Assembly (NCBI GenBank): GCA_008690995.1
Contig: VRMN01000012.1
Location: 62,001 to 126,000, forward strand
DNA length: 64,000 nucleotides
Source of the DNA: Porphyridium purpureum
Taxonomy: Eukaryota
Direction: 5' to 3'
The notes under the pieces are model-generated. The model searched no databases and was not told the origin of the DNA. It worked only from the letters and a program-made list of their open reading frames with translations. The translations under genes and the position numbers were made by a program. How positions within the stretch are numbered: the first letter of the stretch is position 1; the number at the start of each line of letters is the position of its first letter. This document shows, one piece after another, positions 21,325 through 30,576 of this stretch.

Positions 21325-21437
21325 TTGAATTCAATCCGTTGCGTGGATTGTCTTCGGGGAGAAGGAAGGAATATTCCTATCACAAGGAGAAAACAAAGAG
21401 AACTTTCGCCCTCTGGGCAGGCCTGTGTAGGCACAGG

Positions 21438-24400
21438 ATGTCTCAGTTAAGCGGATCGGTTCTATCCACCCGCGTGCTAGAGGCACGCGAGTTGACGGAA
21501 GAGTACAAAGCACAAATGGCAGACAAGGACACGGCGGAGATCTTGGAGTCCCTTCAGGTTATGTTCACCGGCGAGATCATCAAGAATCTGGGGCCTGTCG
21601 GCCAGTTCTCATTCTACAGGTGGCTTGTAGACAAAGGAGTCACGATTCCTGAGAAAGACCATGGTGGGAACATAATCCCTGTTCTTTTCCGCCTTTTACC
21701 ATTGTTGTCAGTCAGCCAGCGGGATCCGGGATCCACTTCTAATGTGCAGGCTACAGTCGAGGTGGGGAGTATGGAAATCCAATCTGACAACGACAGGTCC
21801 GACGTGCCATACACTGATGGTACATCTCAAGGAGCGCGCGTTGCTATGAGCAAAAGCGAGGAAACCTTCATGAGACGCTACAGTGCATTCACCAAGGCAT
21901 ATCAGAGTGTAGATTCAAAGTTCTACGGTACCGACGAGGAAAATTTCGCCGCATGGCGAATGCAACTCGTAAATCATTTAGCTCTACACAATCTGGATGA
22001 TCAGTACACTGCACAGGTGATCCAAGCCTGTCTCGCAGGCGATGCTCTTACGTTTTATCTTGGGACGTATGTTGACGAAGATTTGACAAAGTTCACCATA
22101 GCAGATGTTCTGGTGGGCTTAAGGGACCACTTTTACACCATCGAGAAGCTTGAACGCCTGCAGGAGCAGTGGGAAAAGGCAAACTTCGCGGAATTCCAGG
22201 CTAACAATTCCAATATCTCTGAAGTGGAAAATTTTAAGTCTTTGACCCAAAGACTCAAAAGAATCCAGCCAAATTTGAAAAAACCATACAGATCCCATGA
22301 AATGCTACGTGACAAGTATAAGCAAATCATGTTCAGACATCCTGTATACGAGCGCCTCGTCATGACCCCGCTGCCAACATCGGCTGACGCACTATGCAGC
22401 AAAATTGAAGCCTTGCTTCTGCATATGCAACCCAGTACAGTCTCGCCAAAGCCGCAGCTTGCTTTCACTGCGCAGCAGACGTCAAGGGCACCTATGGCTC
22501 AGCCAAATCACTCGGTGACTCTGTATCAAGAGCGATACAGGCGTTCGCATGCAAAACCGCAGGCTAATCGGGCAAGATCTACTCCTCGACCGATTAGCAT
22601 CGCATCCGCCAGCAATCCTCGTACGGCAAACGGCACACAGCTTCTTTGCGACATTTGCCAATCCGCAAAACATTTTCGGCGGTTCTGCCCCGACAAGGAA
22701 GCCAAAAGGAAATTTTATACTGCGAATTCAAACTACATGGTGGCAGATTTTCTAGGCTCCGACTCTTCTTCGGGTGCAGACGCAAGCGACAGCACCGACG
22801 ATGTCACCCACACAGACCTCGTTTGGCTTTCGCCAAGTCTTGTTCTTTTTCAACATGACACCGCTTTTGTTATTGTCGACAGCGGCGCTAGCGGTGGAAA
22901 CTTAGTGGGTGAACGATTCTGTCAAGCCCGACAAACCGTCCAAGTTACAGCCCCGCCAAGACGCGTAAAAATGGGCACAAGTGTCTTCGACACTCGCGGT
23001 CAAGCCAAAATTGTCATGCTAGACATAGGTGGAGCAAAGCTCGAATTCTTTGCTGATGTCATACAACTTGACATCCCACCACTTCTTGGATGGCGCGAGC
23101 AAAAGGCGCGACACATGACACTGGACGCGGGCGCCGGCATATTAACGGCCCTTGCCGACAGCGAACAGCTCAACTTTAGGGTCCACACAATTGCTGGACT
23201 CCCTTGCATTTTACTTCCAAATCCAGAAAATCCAGATTCGGTCAAAGAGCAACGTGATGATATAGTCCTGTTCACTGCTACAGAATTGCGCAGATTACAC
23301 GTGCACTTTGGGCACGCACATCTCGACAAAATCCGCGATCTGTTGCAGCGCAGTGGTCAACGTCTGACTTCTGCCGAAATTCGCTGGTATGCAGATATCG
23401 TACAGAAGTGCAAAGCTTGCCAATTCTACGCGGATGTACCACGGCGCCCCATTGTGGCCATGCCAGTCAACCCGTTCTTCAACCGCGATATCGCCATAGA
23501 CACTGTATACTTCGACGGCCTCGCTGTGCTACACATTGTGTGCAAAGGAACCAAATATGCCAGGAATCCTGTTTTACGACGCACGGATGCGGTAACCGTC
23601 ATCAGTACGTTCTATACTTCTTGGATCACCATCTTTGGCATTCCGGCCACATTATCCATGGACCGCGGTACTGAGTTTCTGAATGCAACTTTACTCGAAT
23701 TCTGTGATGGACTCGGCATTGTGATGCGTCCAGCGGCGACTGCAGCAGCCTGGTCGATAGGTGTCGTGGAACGACACCATAAGCCCCTGAAAACTGTGTA
23801 CTTTCGCTTGAAAACAACATTCCCAGACCGCGATTGCGAATTATTGCTCGCACAAGCAGAATTTGCACTGAATGCCACGCTTGGCAACCGCTACACATGT
23901 CCATTTTTACTGGTCTTCGGTCAATTACCCGTGTTCCCGCTTGGCACAGTCCAGGACCAACACAAAATGACCACAGACCGCCATATGGCTATGGAAGTCG
24001 CGCGTAGAACGACCGAAGGTATCATTGCTACCAGGCGCATTCGCGAGGCAACGCACACAAGCGTTTCAGAAAGCGCACCAGCTTTGCTGAGCCGTGGAGA
24101 CCGGGTGCTGTTCTGGCGCCCAAGTGAGAGAGCTTGGGTCGGACCCGCGACCGTGGTCCATGTACACGGAGATGCGAAAACGGTAAAAGTTGAATACAAA
24201 ACGCGGAACTACCACCCAGCTCTCCACCAAGTCAAATTGTTCGTCGCGGATCAAGTGCTATGGGCCGACGAGACTGAGACTTTCTCCAAAATTCTGCAAG
24301 TATCAGAACATTCACTCAGAAGAAAATGTGACTTTACGATATCGCGCGCCAAAGAAATCGATGGATGGCATGCAAAGGGCGTAGTGGAAGCCATTCGCAC

Positions 24401-25769
24401 GACAGAGCGCGCGAATCTAGACACGCGGTGGGTGGACTCCATCAAACTTTCAGATGGAAAAGAGTTCCCGAAATCACGTCTCGCCTTGCGAGAGTTTGCA
24501 AAATTGCAACCACATGGTTCCATGCTTCGAGACTCACCTACGACATCACGATGGACTGTGCGCGTTCTGCTCTCAGTAGCACTTAATCAATCATGGTCCA
24601 TATCATCCTCGGACGTCGAACAAGCCTTTCTTCAGAGCCAGCCTCTGAAACGTCGCGTTTTGGTGCAACCTCCAAAAGAAGCTGGTCTACCATCTGGTGT
24701 CCTCTGGCTTCTGAAGAAAGCCGCCTACGGTCTGGTGGATGCTGCGTACATCTGGTACGAGTCTCTCCGCGACGTGCTCGTCAACAAAATGCAAATGAAA
24801 GAGTCCATGGTAGACCCGTGCTTATTTGTTGCGAACGAGGGTGCATGCACAACCCAAGTCGACGATATCTTAACCGTGGGCACGCCCCAATTTCTCGAAG
24901 CTCAAAAAGAAATTCGCAAGTATCTACAGCTCCATCGAGAAAAACGTGAGAAGTTCATTTTCAACGGAGCCCAGCTCACAGTCAAGGAGAACTGTGTCAG
25001 TATTGATTTACAAGCGTATATCGAGAAATCTCGCATTGTGGCAGTGAGAATCACCACTTATAGTGACTTCCAGCGCTTCCGCGGCCAACTGCTATGGCTT
25101 GCTGCAAATTCGAGACCAGACTTAGCGTATCCTGCTGCACAACTCTCGCAAATCTCACAAGACATGTTCGACCATAAGGTGTACAAAGAGTTAGTAGCCC
25201 AAGCGCGGGGTGCAGTCTGCACAATGCCATATTTGCACTTCAACCGCCTTCACGGCACCGTGGCAATTCAAGTATTTGCGGACGCCAGTTTCGCAAACAA
25301 TGTTGACTTGAGCAGCCAGCTCGGCTTTATCATCTGTCTCGCGGACAGCCAAGGCCATTATAATATTGTGCACTGGCGTTCGGGAAAATCCCGCCGTGTT
25401 GTCAAATCGACTCTCGCAGCCGAGACGCTCGCAGTCATCGACGCATTCGACCACGCCGGTGCAGTGAAGCATATGCTCCAGGAACTAGGAATTCCCAGCC
25501 CGGAAGTTATTCTTTACACGGACAATCGATCCGTATTTGACGCCATGTCCAAGCGCACGGCCTGCACCGAGAAAGCCGTACAGATATCTGTCGCCATCCT
25601 GCGCCAAGCATTGCAAGAAGCAGCGCTCACCAAAATCGGACTTCTGTTGTCTGCTGACAATCCAGCCGATGCATTGACCAAAGCGCGCGGCAACTCTGAG
25701 CTAGACTCGCTCCTGCGTGCTGAAGTCTATCACCCTAAGGTTGTGGAATGGTTTGAAGTGAAAAAGTAG
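21438..25769 (+). CDS. Gag-Pol polyprotein of the GalEa-like copia
   Basis: CDICQSAKHFRRFC, IVDSGAS, LHVHFGH...CKAC, DRGTEF, KSRLALR, LKKAAYGLVDA, QVDD, FADASFAN, NPADALTK. Confidence 0.95.
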   Translation: MSQLSGSVLSTRVLEARELTEEYKAQMADKDTAEILESLQVMFTGEIIKNLGPVGQFSFYRWLVDKGVTIPEKDHGGNIIPVLFRLLPLLSVSQRDPGSTSNVQATVEVGSMEIQSDNDRSDVPYTDGTSQGARVAMSKSEETFMRRYSAFTKAYQSVDSKFYGTDEENFAAWRMQLVNHLALHNLDDQYTAQVIQACLAGDALTFYLGTYVDEDLTKFTIADVLVGLRDHFYTIEKLERLQEQWEKANFAEFQANNSNISEVENFKSLTQRLKRIQPNLKKPYRSHEMLRDKYKQIMFRHPVYERLVMTPLPTSADALCSKIEALLLHMQPSTVSPKPQLAFTAQQTSRAPMAQPNHSVTLYQERYRRSHAKPQANRARSTPRPISIASASNPRTANGTQLLCDICQSAKHFRRFCPDKEAKRKFYTANSNYMVADFLGSDSSSGADASDSTDDVTHTDLVWLSPSLVLFQHDTAFVIVDSGASGGNLVGERFCQARQTVQVTAPPRRVKMGTSVFDTRGQAKIVMLDIGGAKLEFFADVIQLDIPPLLGWREQKARHMTLDAGAGILTALADSEQLNFRVHTIAGLPCILLPNPENPDSVKEQRDDIVLFTATELRRLHVHFGHAHLDKIRDLLQRSGQRLTSAEIRWYADIVQKCKACQFYADVPRRPIVAMPVNPFFNRDIAIDTVYFDGLAVLHIVCKGTKYARNPVLRRTDAVTVISTFYTSWITIFGIPATLSMDRGTEFLNATLLEFCDGLGIVMRPAATAAAWSIGVVERHHKPLKTVYFRLKTTFPDRDCELLLAQAEFALNATLGNRYTCPFLLVFGQLPVFPLGTVQDQHKMTTDRHMAMEVARRTTEGIIATRRIREATHTSVSESAPALLSRGDRVLFWRPSERAWVGPATVVHVHGDAKTVKVEYKTRNYHPALHQVKLFVADQVLWADETETFSKILQVSEHSLRRKCDFTISRAKEIDGWHAKGVVEAIRTTERANLDTRWVDSIKLSDGKEFPKSRLALREFAKLQPHGSMLRDSPTTSRWTVRVLLSVALNQSWSISSSDVEQAFLQSQPLKRRVLVQPPKEAGLPSGVLWLLKKAAYGLVDAAYIWYESLRDVLVNKMQMKESMVDPCLFVANEGACTTQVDDILTVGTPQFLEAQKEIRKYLQLHREKREKFIFNGAQLTVKENCVSIDLQAYIEKSRIVAVRITTYSDFQRFRGQLLWLAANSRPDLAYPAAQLSQISQDMFDHKVYKELVAQARGAVCTMPYLHFNRLHGTVAIQVFADASFANNVDLSSQLGFIICLADSQGHYNIVHWRSGKSRRVVKSTLAAETLAVIDAFDHAGAVKHMLQELGIPSPEVILYTDNRSVFDAMSKRTACTEKAVQISVAILRQALQEAALTKIGLLLSADNPADALTKARGNSELDSLLRAEVYHPKVVEWFEVKK

Positions 25770-26200
25770 TGTACACTGCACTTTATGGGTGTTCACTTAC
25801 ACACCAATATAGATTCTGACGGAAATTGAACTGTTCCGTGGGTCTCAAGGAAGGTGAACAGGAAGCAACAGTTTTCGTCGATTACGCTGTCTGTCGTCGT
25901 GTCCCACGCGGTGGTTACGTGTGACAAGCCAAATGCGCTTCGCCCACAAGCTTGTGCGGGCATGAAGGGCAACGCGTGAAGGTTTGATGTTTTATTCTTT
26001 TTCTTTGTATGTTTGAGTCTGTTGAATTCAGCAATTTTCGAGTGCGTGTTTTTGTCCTGAGAAGGTTTTTCCGCCGTGCTGATTTGAATTTGTTTCTTCT
26101 ATTCTAAGTACTCCATTTCGTTGTCCAAGACTCACGTTGATGTAACAATTCCGTGTCGCCTCGGTTGATGCGCTCATGCCACAAAAGGAAAAGGGTTGTG

Positions 26201-26400
26201 TGTCACTACCGAGGTATGTGGGTACAGTTGCCTGCGAGATAAGATAGCAGCCGGTCTGGCAAACCTGTGGCGACAGTGGTAGAGAGAGAGAGAGAGAGTG
26301 GACAGAGAGTAGTAAAGAGGACTTATAGTTCCCGGCCCATGGTAGCGGGTGAGAGCCCCCCAAAGCTGACTACTCGTCCACACGGAAGATAGCAACAACA
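26201..26400 (+). repeat. 3' LTR of the GalEa-like copia
   Basis: Direct repeat of 21125-21324. Confidence 0.96.
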
Positions 26401-28830
26401 CTTGCTGTACACAGGTTTACACTACAAAGTTAAATCAGGCATTAAATTAATATTTGGCGATTAAAGAAATGCGTGTTGCCGAAACGACATACGAGGCGGT
26501 GCGTACTCGGTGAGGTCTGGTACAATAGCGGTGATACACTGCTGCGACAGCTGCTTGAACAGCTTCCGCATTGGCCGCTTCTCCAGCAGCTACTGCACCA
26601 CTGTCGTCTCCGGAGGCATCGTATGCTTCGGTCCCAGTCTTCCGGTAGAATCCCTGGCAGCGCCGGCGCCGAGTCGATCGCGTAGTTGTTCCTCCATTCG
26701 TCGTCCGCGGCGACGTCCGCGGCGTCGGAAGGTATGACAGAAGCCGTGGGATACTGAGCGAGCTGCACATGCTCTGTGTCAGAAAAATTGGTGCTCGAGT
26801 AGGACGCATGCTCGTCAATCCGCAGGTCGATTTCAAGTGGGTTTCGTCGGACCCCGAAAAAATCGAACTCAGCGTCAGCTTGCGCCCCCGCAATACTCGT
26901 CCCTGCGCGTCGCTTCAAGTCTCTGCGCGAGCTGTTGCTACTGAGCACGCTCTGCATGTTGCGCACTTTCCACGCGTTTCTCTTTGTGAGCACGACCTTT
27001 CTATATTTGTCGCTGTCTCACTCCCGCGCGTCGTGTATCATTCCTTCGCCGACTCGCTTGCTGATACAGATGCCGTGTATGCCATCGTTCCCGCGGCTCT
27101 GCTCTCCAGTATTCCTTATGGCGTCCAGATGATTCGCAGAGGCAGAGTCCCATTCCTCTTCCGATTGAAGAATCTACATCGTCACGCGCAGCCACAAAGT
27201 CCGTACGCTGCCCTTGCTCACGCTGTGGCAGGTCATCCTCTTCATGCGCACTTGGACCGCTGCATGGCCGAATATTGCACGGCGTCGCCGTACGACCTAT
27301 TCGGCGAGTCGCTCAATCCGCGACCCCGGTCTCGCGCAGTGAAGGGCCGACCGAGTCACCGCCAGCGCTGCACCTTGCCGATCGCATGACGCAGGACGTG
27401 CTAGCCTGTCTGTGGGCGCTTGGGTCGCGCCGAATCGACGTTACTTAAGAGCAAGCTCACGCATTTGTCCCACGTGTGCAACTGGTCCAGCCGCCGGGCT
27501 TTTATGCATTGCCTGTGGGACACCAGGACTGTTGAAATACACGTGTTCTTGTTTTGGTTGTTTACACCTCCAAGCAAGGGGTCTTCCCGAACGGGAGGTG
27601 TGCTACTGCTTGGTTCGGCTCCAGGCGCGAGGTCTGCTCGAACGGGAGCCTGTTTCTCCAAGGGTCGCACAGAGATGTTGCACTACCGAGTAGCTCTACT
27701 CCAGGCAATGCTGCGAATTACCACACCTCTTCTTGTTTTTACAAACTTCTTCCTTGTTGTTTTTTATTTTCTTTTCACAGTTGCGCTGTTCCACAAGTGG
27801 TCCTTGTTTTATACTCGACGGCACTGCCGCACACATATGTGTAGATTGCACTATCTTCCTGGAGGACACGCATGCACGCGAATCAGCCCTGTTCTGATAT
27901 GTGATCTTGCCCTGCTGATACGTTGGGTCATGATCAACTTAATCTGAGAAGTGGGGCGCGACTGCTTGTATGGATTTGGCTCACGGTACAGTCTGGCTAT
28001 GACGTGCGTTCTGACAAAGTGTTGTGAGTATTTTCGACAAGGACGGAACAGTGGGGAGATCCAGCTGGAAAGGAGCGAGAATAACTCGGTTGCAAGTGCC
28101 ACCGTAGATCGGAACGAGAAGGTACGCGCGGAAGGCTCTTTTCGCACGCGCTCGATTTTCAGAAGTACCATTCTCAGTCTGTGTCGCGCACGGTCTTGCT
28201 GTCTCGCGCAACTTGATCGCATTTCGAGCTCGACCGAGTTGTGCGGTAGCCGTGCTATGTTCTGCGTGTGGATATCGTTCGAAGGACAGCCAAACTGTGG
28301 TCACCGAGTCTTTGAGACGAGCAGCGTACTCTAGCAAGGGTGTTTGTTCGAGCTGATTCTACGCCATACCAGGCGGATCCCGCACTTCGCTGCGCTTGTC
28401 ATCGTTCCTTTAGTCACACGCTTCGGTTGATTAACCGTGTGTGGATGCTTGATGTGTCACTGAAGTGACCTGCGCTGACTGTATCTGTGTGTGAGTCTGC
28501 GCACGCACGCTCTGATTCAGTCAACATCATCTGTTCCACTATAGCTGGCACCTGGAATAGTGCAGAGAGGAGCACAGAGTCGGCTCTTTCTGTGTTGTGT
28601 CACTGCTATCAGAAGCGGCCAGCCGTGCGGTCCGGGTGACAAGCCGGGCATAGCGTCCTTGTCAGAAGGCTGAGAGATTTCATGGGTCGACGCGAGGACT
28701 GTCTGGTGAGTACGGAGACTGTTGCGGGTATTCGGCAAGTGCAGTGGAGACGTAACATCACTCGGCCTGTCGCAAAAAGTGGACCTCGACGATTTTGACT
28801 TGCCGGGCATCTGTGGCTTGAGCGACGAAT

Positions 28831-30141
28831 ATGGCGGATGGGCGTGACTTGTTCGAGGACCGCAAGGCTGCTGAGACGACCGCGCGTCTACCGAGGTTTG
28901 TTAGCTTGAACACAAGTTCAAAATATGTGAAGACTAGTGGTCGTGGAAGCAGCGGGCTTGAGCATGATTCAGTCGGTTTTGGCGGAGAATCGGATAATCT
29001 CAAGTATTCTGCGGACAACCTGCTGCCCGAGTATGTCGATGTTCCCACAAGCCCGGCTACCAGCACGAGGGACTCAACGCGTGAGTCGATGCGTCGAGGC
29101 GCGAGGAGCGGATTCAAGTACGCCAGGGAACGCATAAAAGAGGGATGGGCCCGCCTGTGCGACGACTTCAAGTACTTTGTGCTTGAAACCTCATTCACGA
29201 GCGTGGCTATTGCGTTTGTGGTTGCTGAAGCCTTTGTTGCCGTCATCAACCAGTTTGTAACCTCCTTCGTGACACCCTTTTTCGCACTGATTGGCGGCGA
29301 ACCCGACTTTTCCAACATCAAGTTTACAATCAATGGCACTGATTTCCTCATCGGGGACTTTGTGAACGCCTTCGTTGCATTCACAATCATTTGTATGGTG
29401 GTCTTCTTCATCGTTATTGTGCCAGTGCGAAGAGTGCAGGCCAAGCTTGAGATTCCGAAGCGAGAGTGTCCGTACTGCTGCTCGGAAATTCCGTGCGCCG
29501 CCAGTCGATGCGCATATTGCTGCAAAGACGTTGTGCCCATTGAGATCGAAATTACCTCACGCTCAAGTACCAAGCAGCTCACAGATTACGCACGGAAGCT
29601 ATGCAACGGTGGGAAGTGCCGCGCTGGTTGCCTTTGTTTCAGGAAACGGCGAAAGCATGCGCGCCAAGGTGAGGATGGCAGCGAAGCCGTGGATGTTAAC
29701 TTGGGCGATGCGGGCTTTTTTTCCTCGGACGCCGAAGCCGGCAGTACTGGCCTCTCGCGCTTTGCAAGGCGTATAGAAGTAGAGAAGCGGCGCTCGTCGT
29801 CGCGAGCCGTGCCTACTCGAGAAGGCGAACCACCACCAACCTCCGCAGACGAGTACGCGAACCAGAATATTTTGCGTGACCATTATGTACGCCCGTTGTC
29901 TGGAAGAACTGGTGACCCCACTGTGGATACGCCGGCGGAGCCGCTCAACCGCGCGCCTGTCCCTGCTCCTCTCCCTGCAGCGCCAGCTTCTGAGCAGGAG
30001 TCGGAGCCGGAGCCCATACCCACGCGTGCTCATACAAAAGAGAAGCCACATGGAAACGACGGCAGTGCTCAAGCTGCGGATGCGTCAGAAATGATCGTGC
30101 CGGCGTATCCCAGTGCAGTTGACGCCGTTCATGCGGTATGA
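28831..30141 (+). CDS. mscL: MscL-family large-conductance mechanosensitive channel with C-terminal zinc ribbon and long extensions
   Basis: DDFKYFVL...VAIAFVVAEAF...GGEPDFS...IGDFVNAFVAFTII followed by CPYCCSEIPCAASRCAYC (29161-29523). Confidence 0.85.
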   Translation: MADGRDLFEDRKAAETTARLPRFVSLNTSSKYVKTSGRGSSGLEHDSVGFGGESDNLKYSADNLLPEYVDVPTSPATSTRDSTRESMRRGARSGFKYARERIKEGWARLCDDFKYFVLETSFTSVAIAFVVAEAFVAVINQFVTSFVTPFFALIGGEPDFSNIKFTINGTDFLIGDFVNAFVAFTIICMVVFFIVIVPVRRVQAKLEIPKRECPYCCSEIPCAASRCAYCCKDVVPIEIEITSRSSTKQLTDYARKLCNGGKCRAGCLCFRKRRKHARQGEDGSEAVDVNLGDAGFFSSDAEAGSTGLSRFARRIEVEKRRSSSRAVPTREGEPPPTSADEYANQNILRDHYVRPLSGRTGDPTVDTPAEPLNRAPVPAPLPAAPASEQESEPEPIPTRAHTKEKPHGNDGSAQAADASEMIVPAYPSAVDAVHAV

Positions 30142-30576
30142 TGATCGTGTTACTTGGCAGACGACGGCCAGCAAGCGTGCAGATGTGAGACCCATCTGCA
30201 GGTCTGTGCGTGACCTGCATCGTCGCGAGCGGCGACGCTGTGCGGCGGGCCTTTGACCTCTTCCAGCTCGTCTCGCGTGCACGAGTGCAAGCCGTTGCGC
30301 GCGGAATTGTGCTGCGCAACATCCAGCACTGAAAATGCAGTGTGGACTGTTTACTGCTGCAAGGCAGCTTTGAATTCAAACGAGGCGCCACAGCCGAGCG
30401 CGCGGCGGCGTGGAGTCGCCCGGTGCGTGGCTTGACTGGCGTGGTTGCGCGGCCAGCTATATATGTAATGACTCGTATGTCGCGCAGGCGCGAGACTGGG
30501 CGAGCGGCTGCCAAGGTGTGCCTGTCGGAACACAGCGTATCGTAGAAGCCAACGAAGAGGTGGTCTGTAAAGCAGG

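Larger units (their letters stand above)
21125..26400 (+). mobile_element. Full-length Ty1/copia LTR retrotransposon, GalEa-like
   Basis: 200-bp LTRs TG...CA with 2 mismatches; TSD CTTGC at 21120-21124 and 26401-26405; single ORF in INT-RT-RH order; purine tract about 26183-26195. Confidence 0.95.

Noticed and set aside
26442..28337. Short ORFs on both strands, including a VHACP motif reminiscent of CACTA elements
   Set aside because: No consistent frame or recognisable domain; cannot support a gene call
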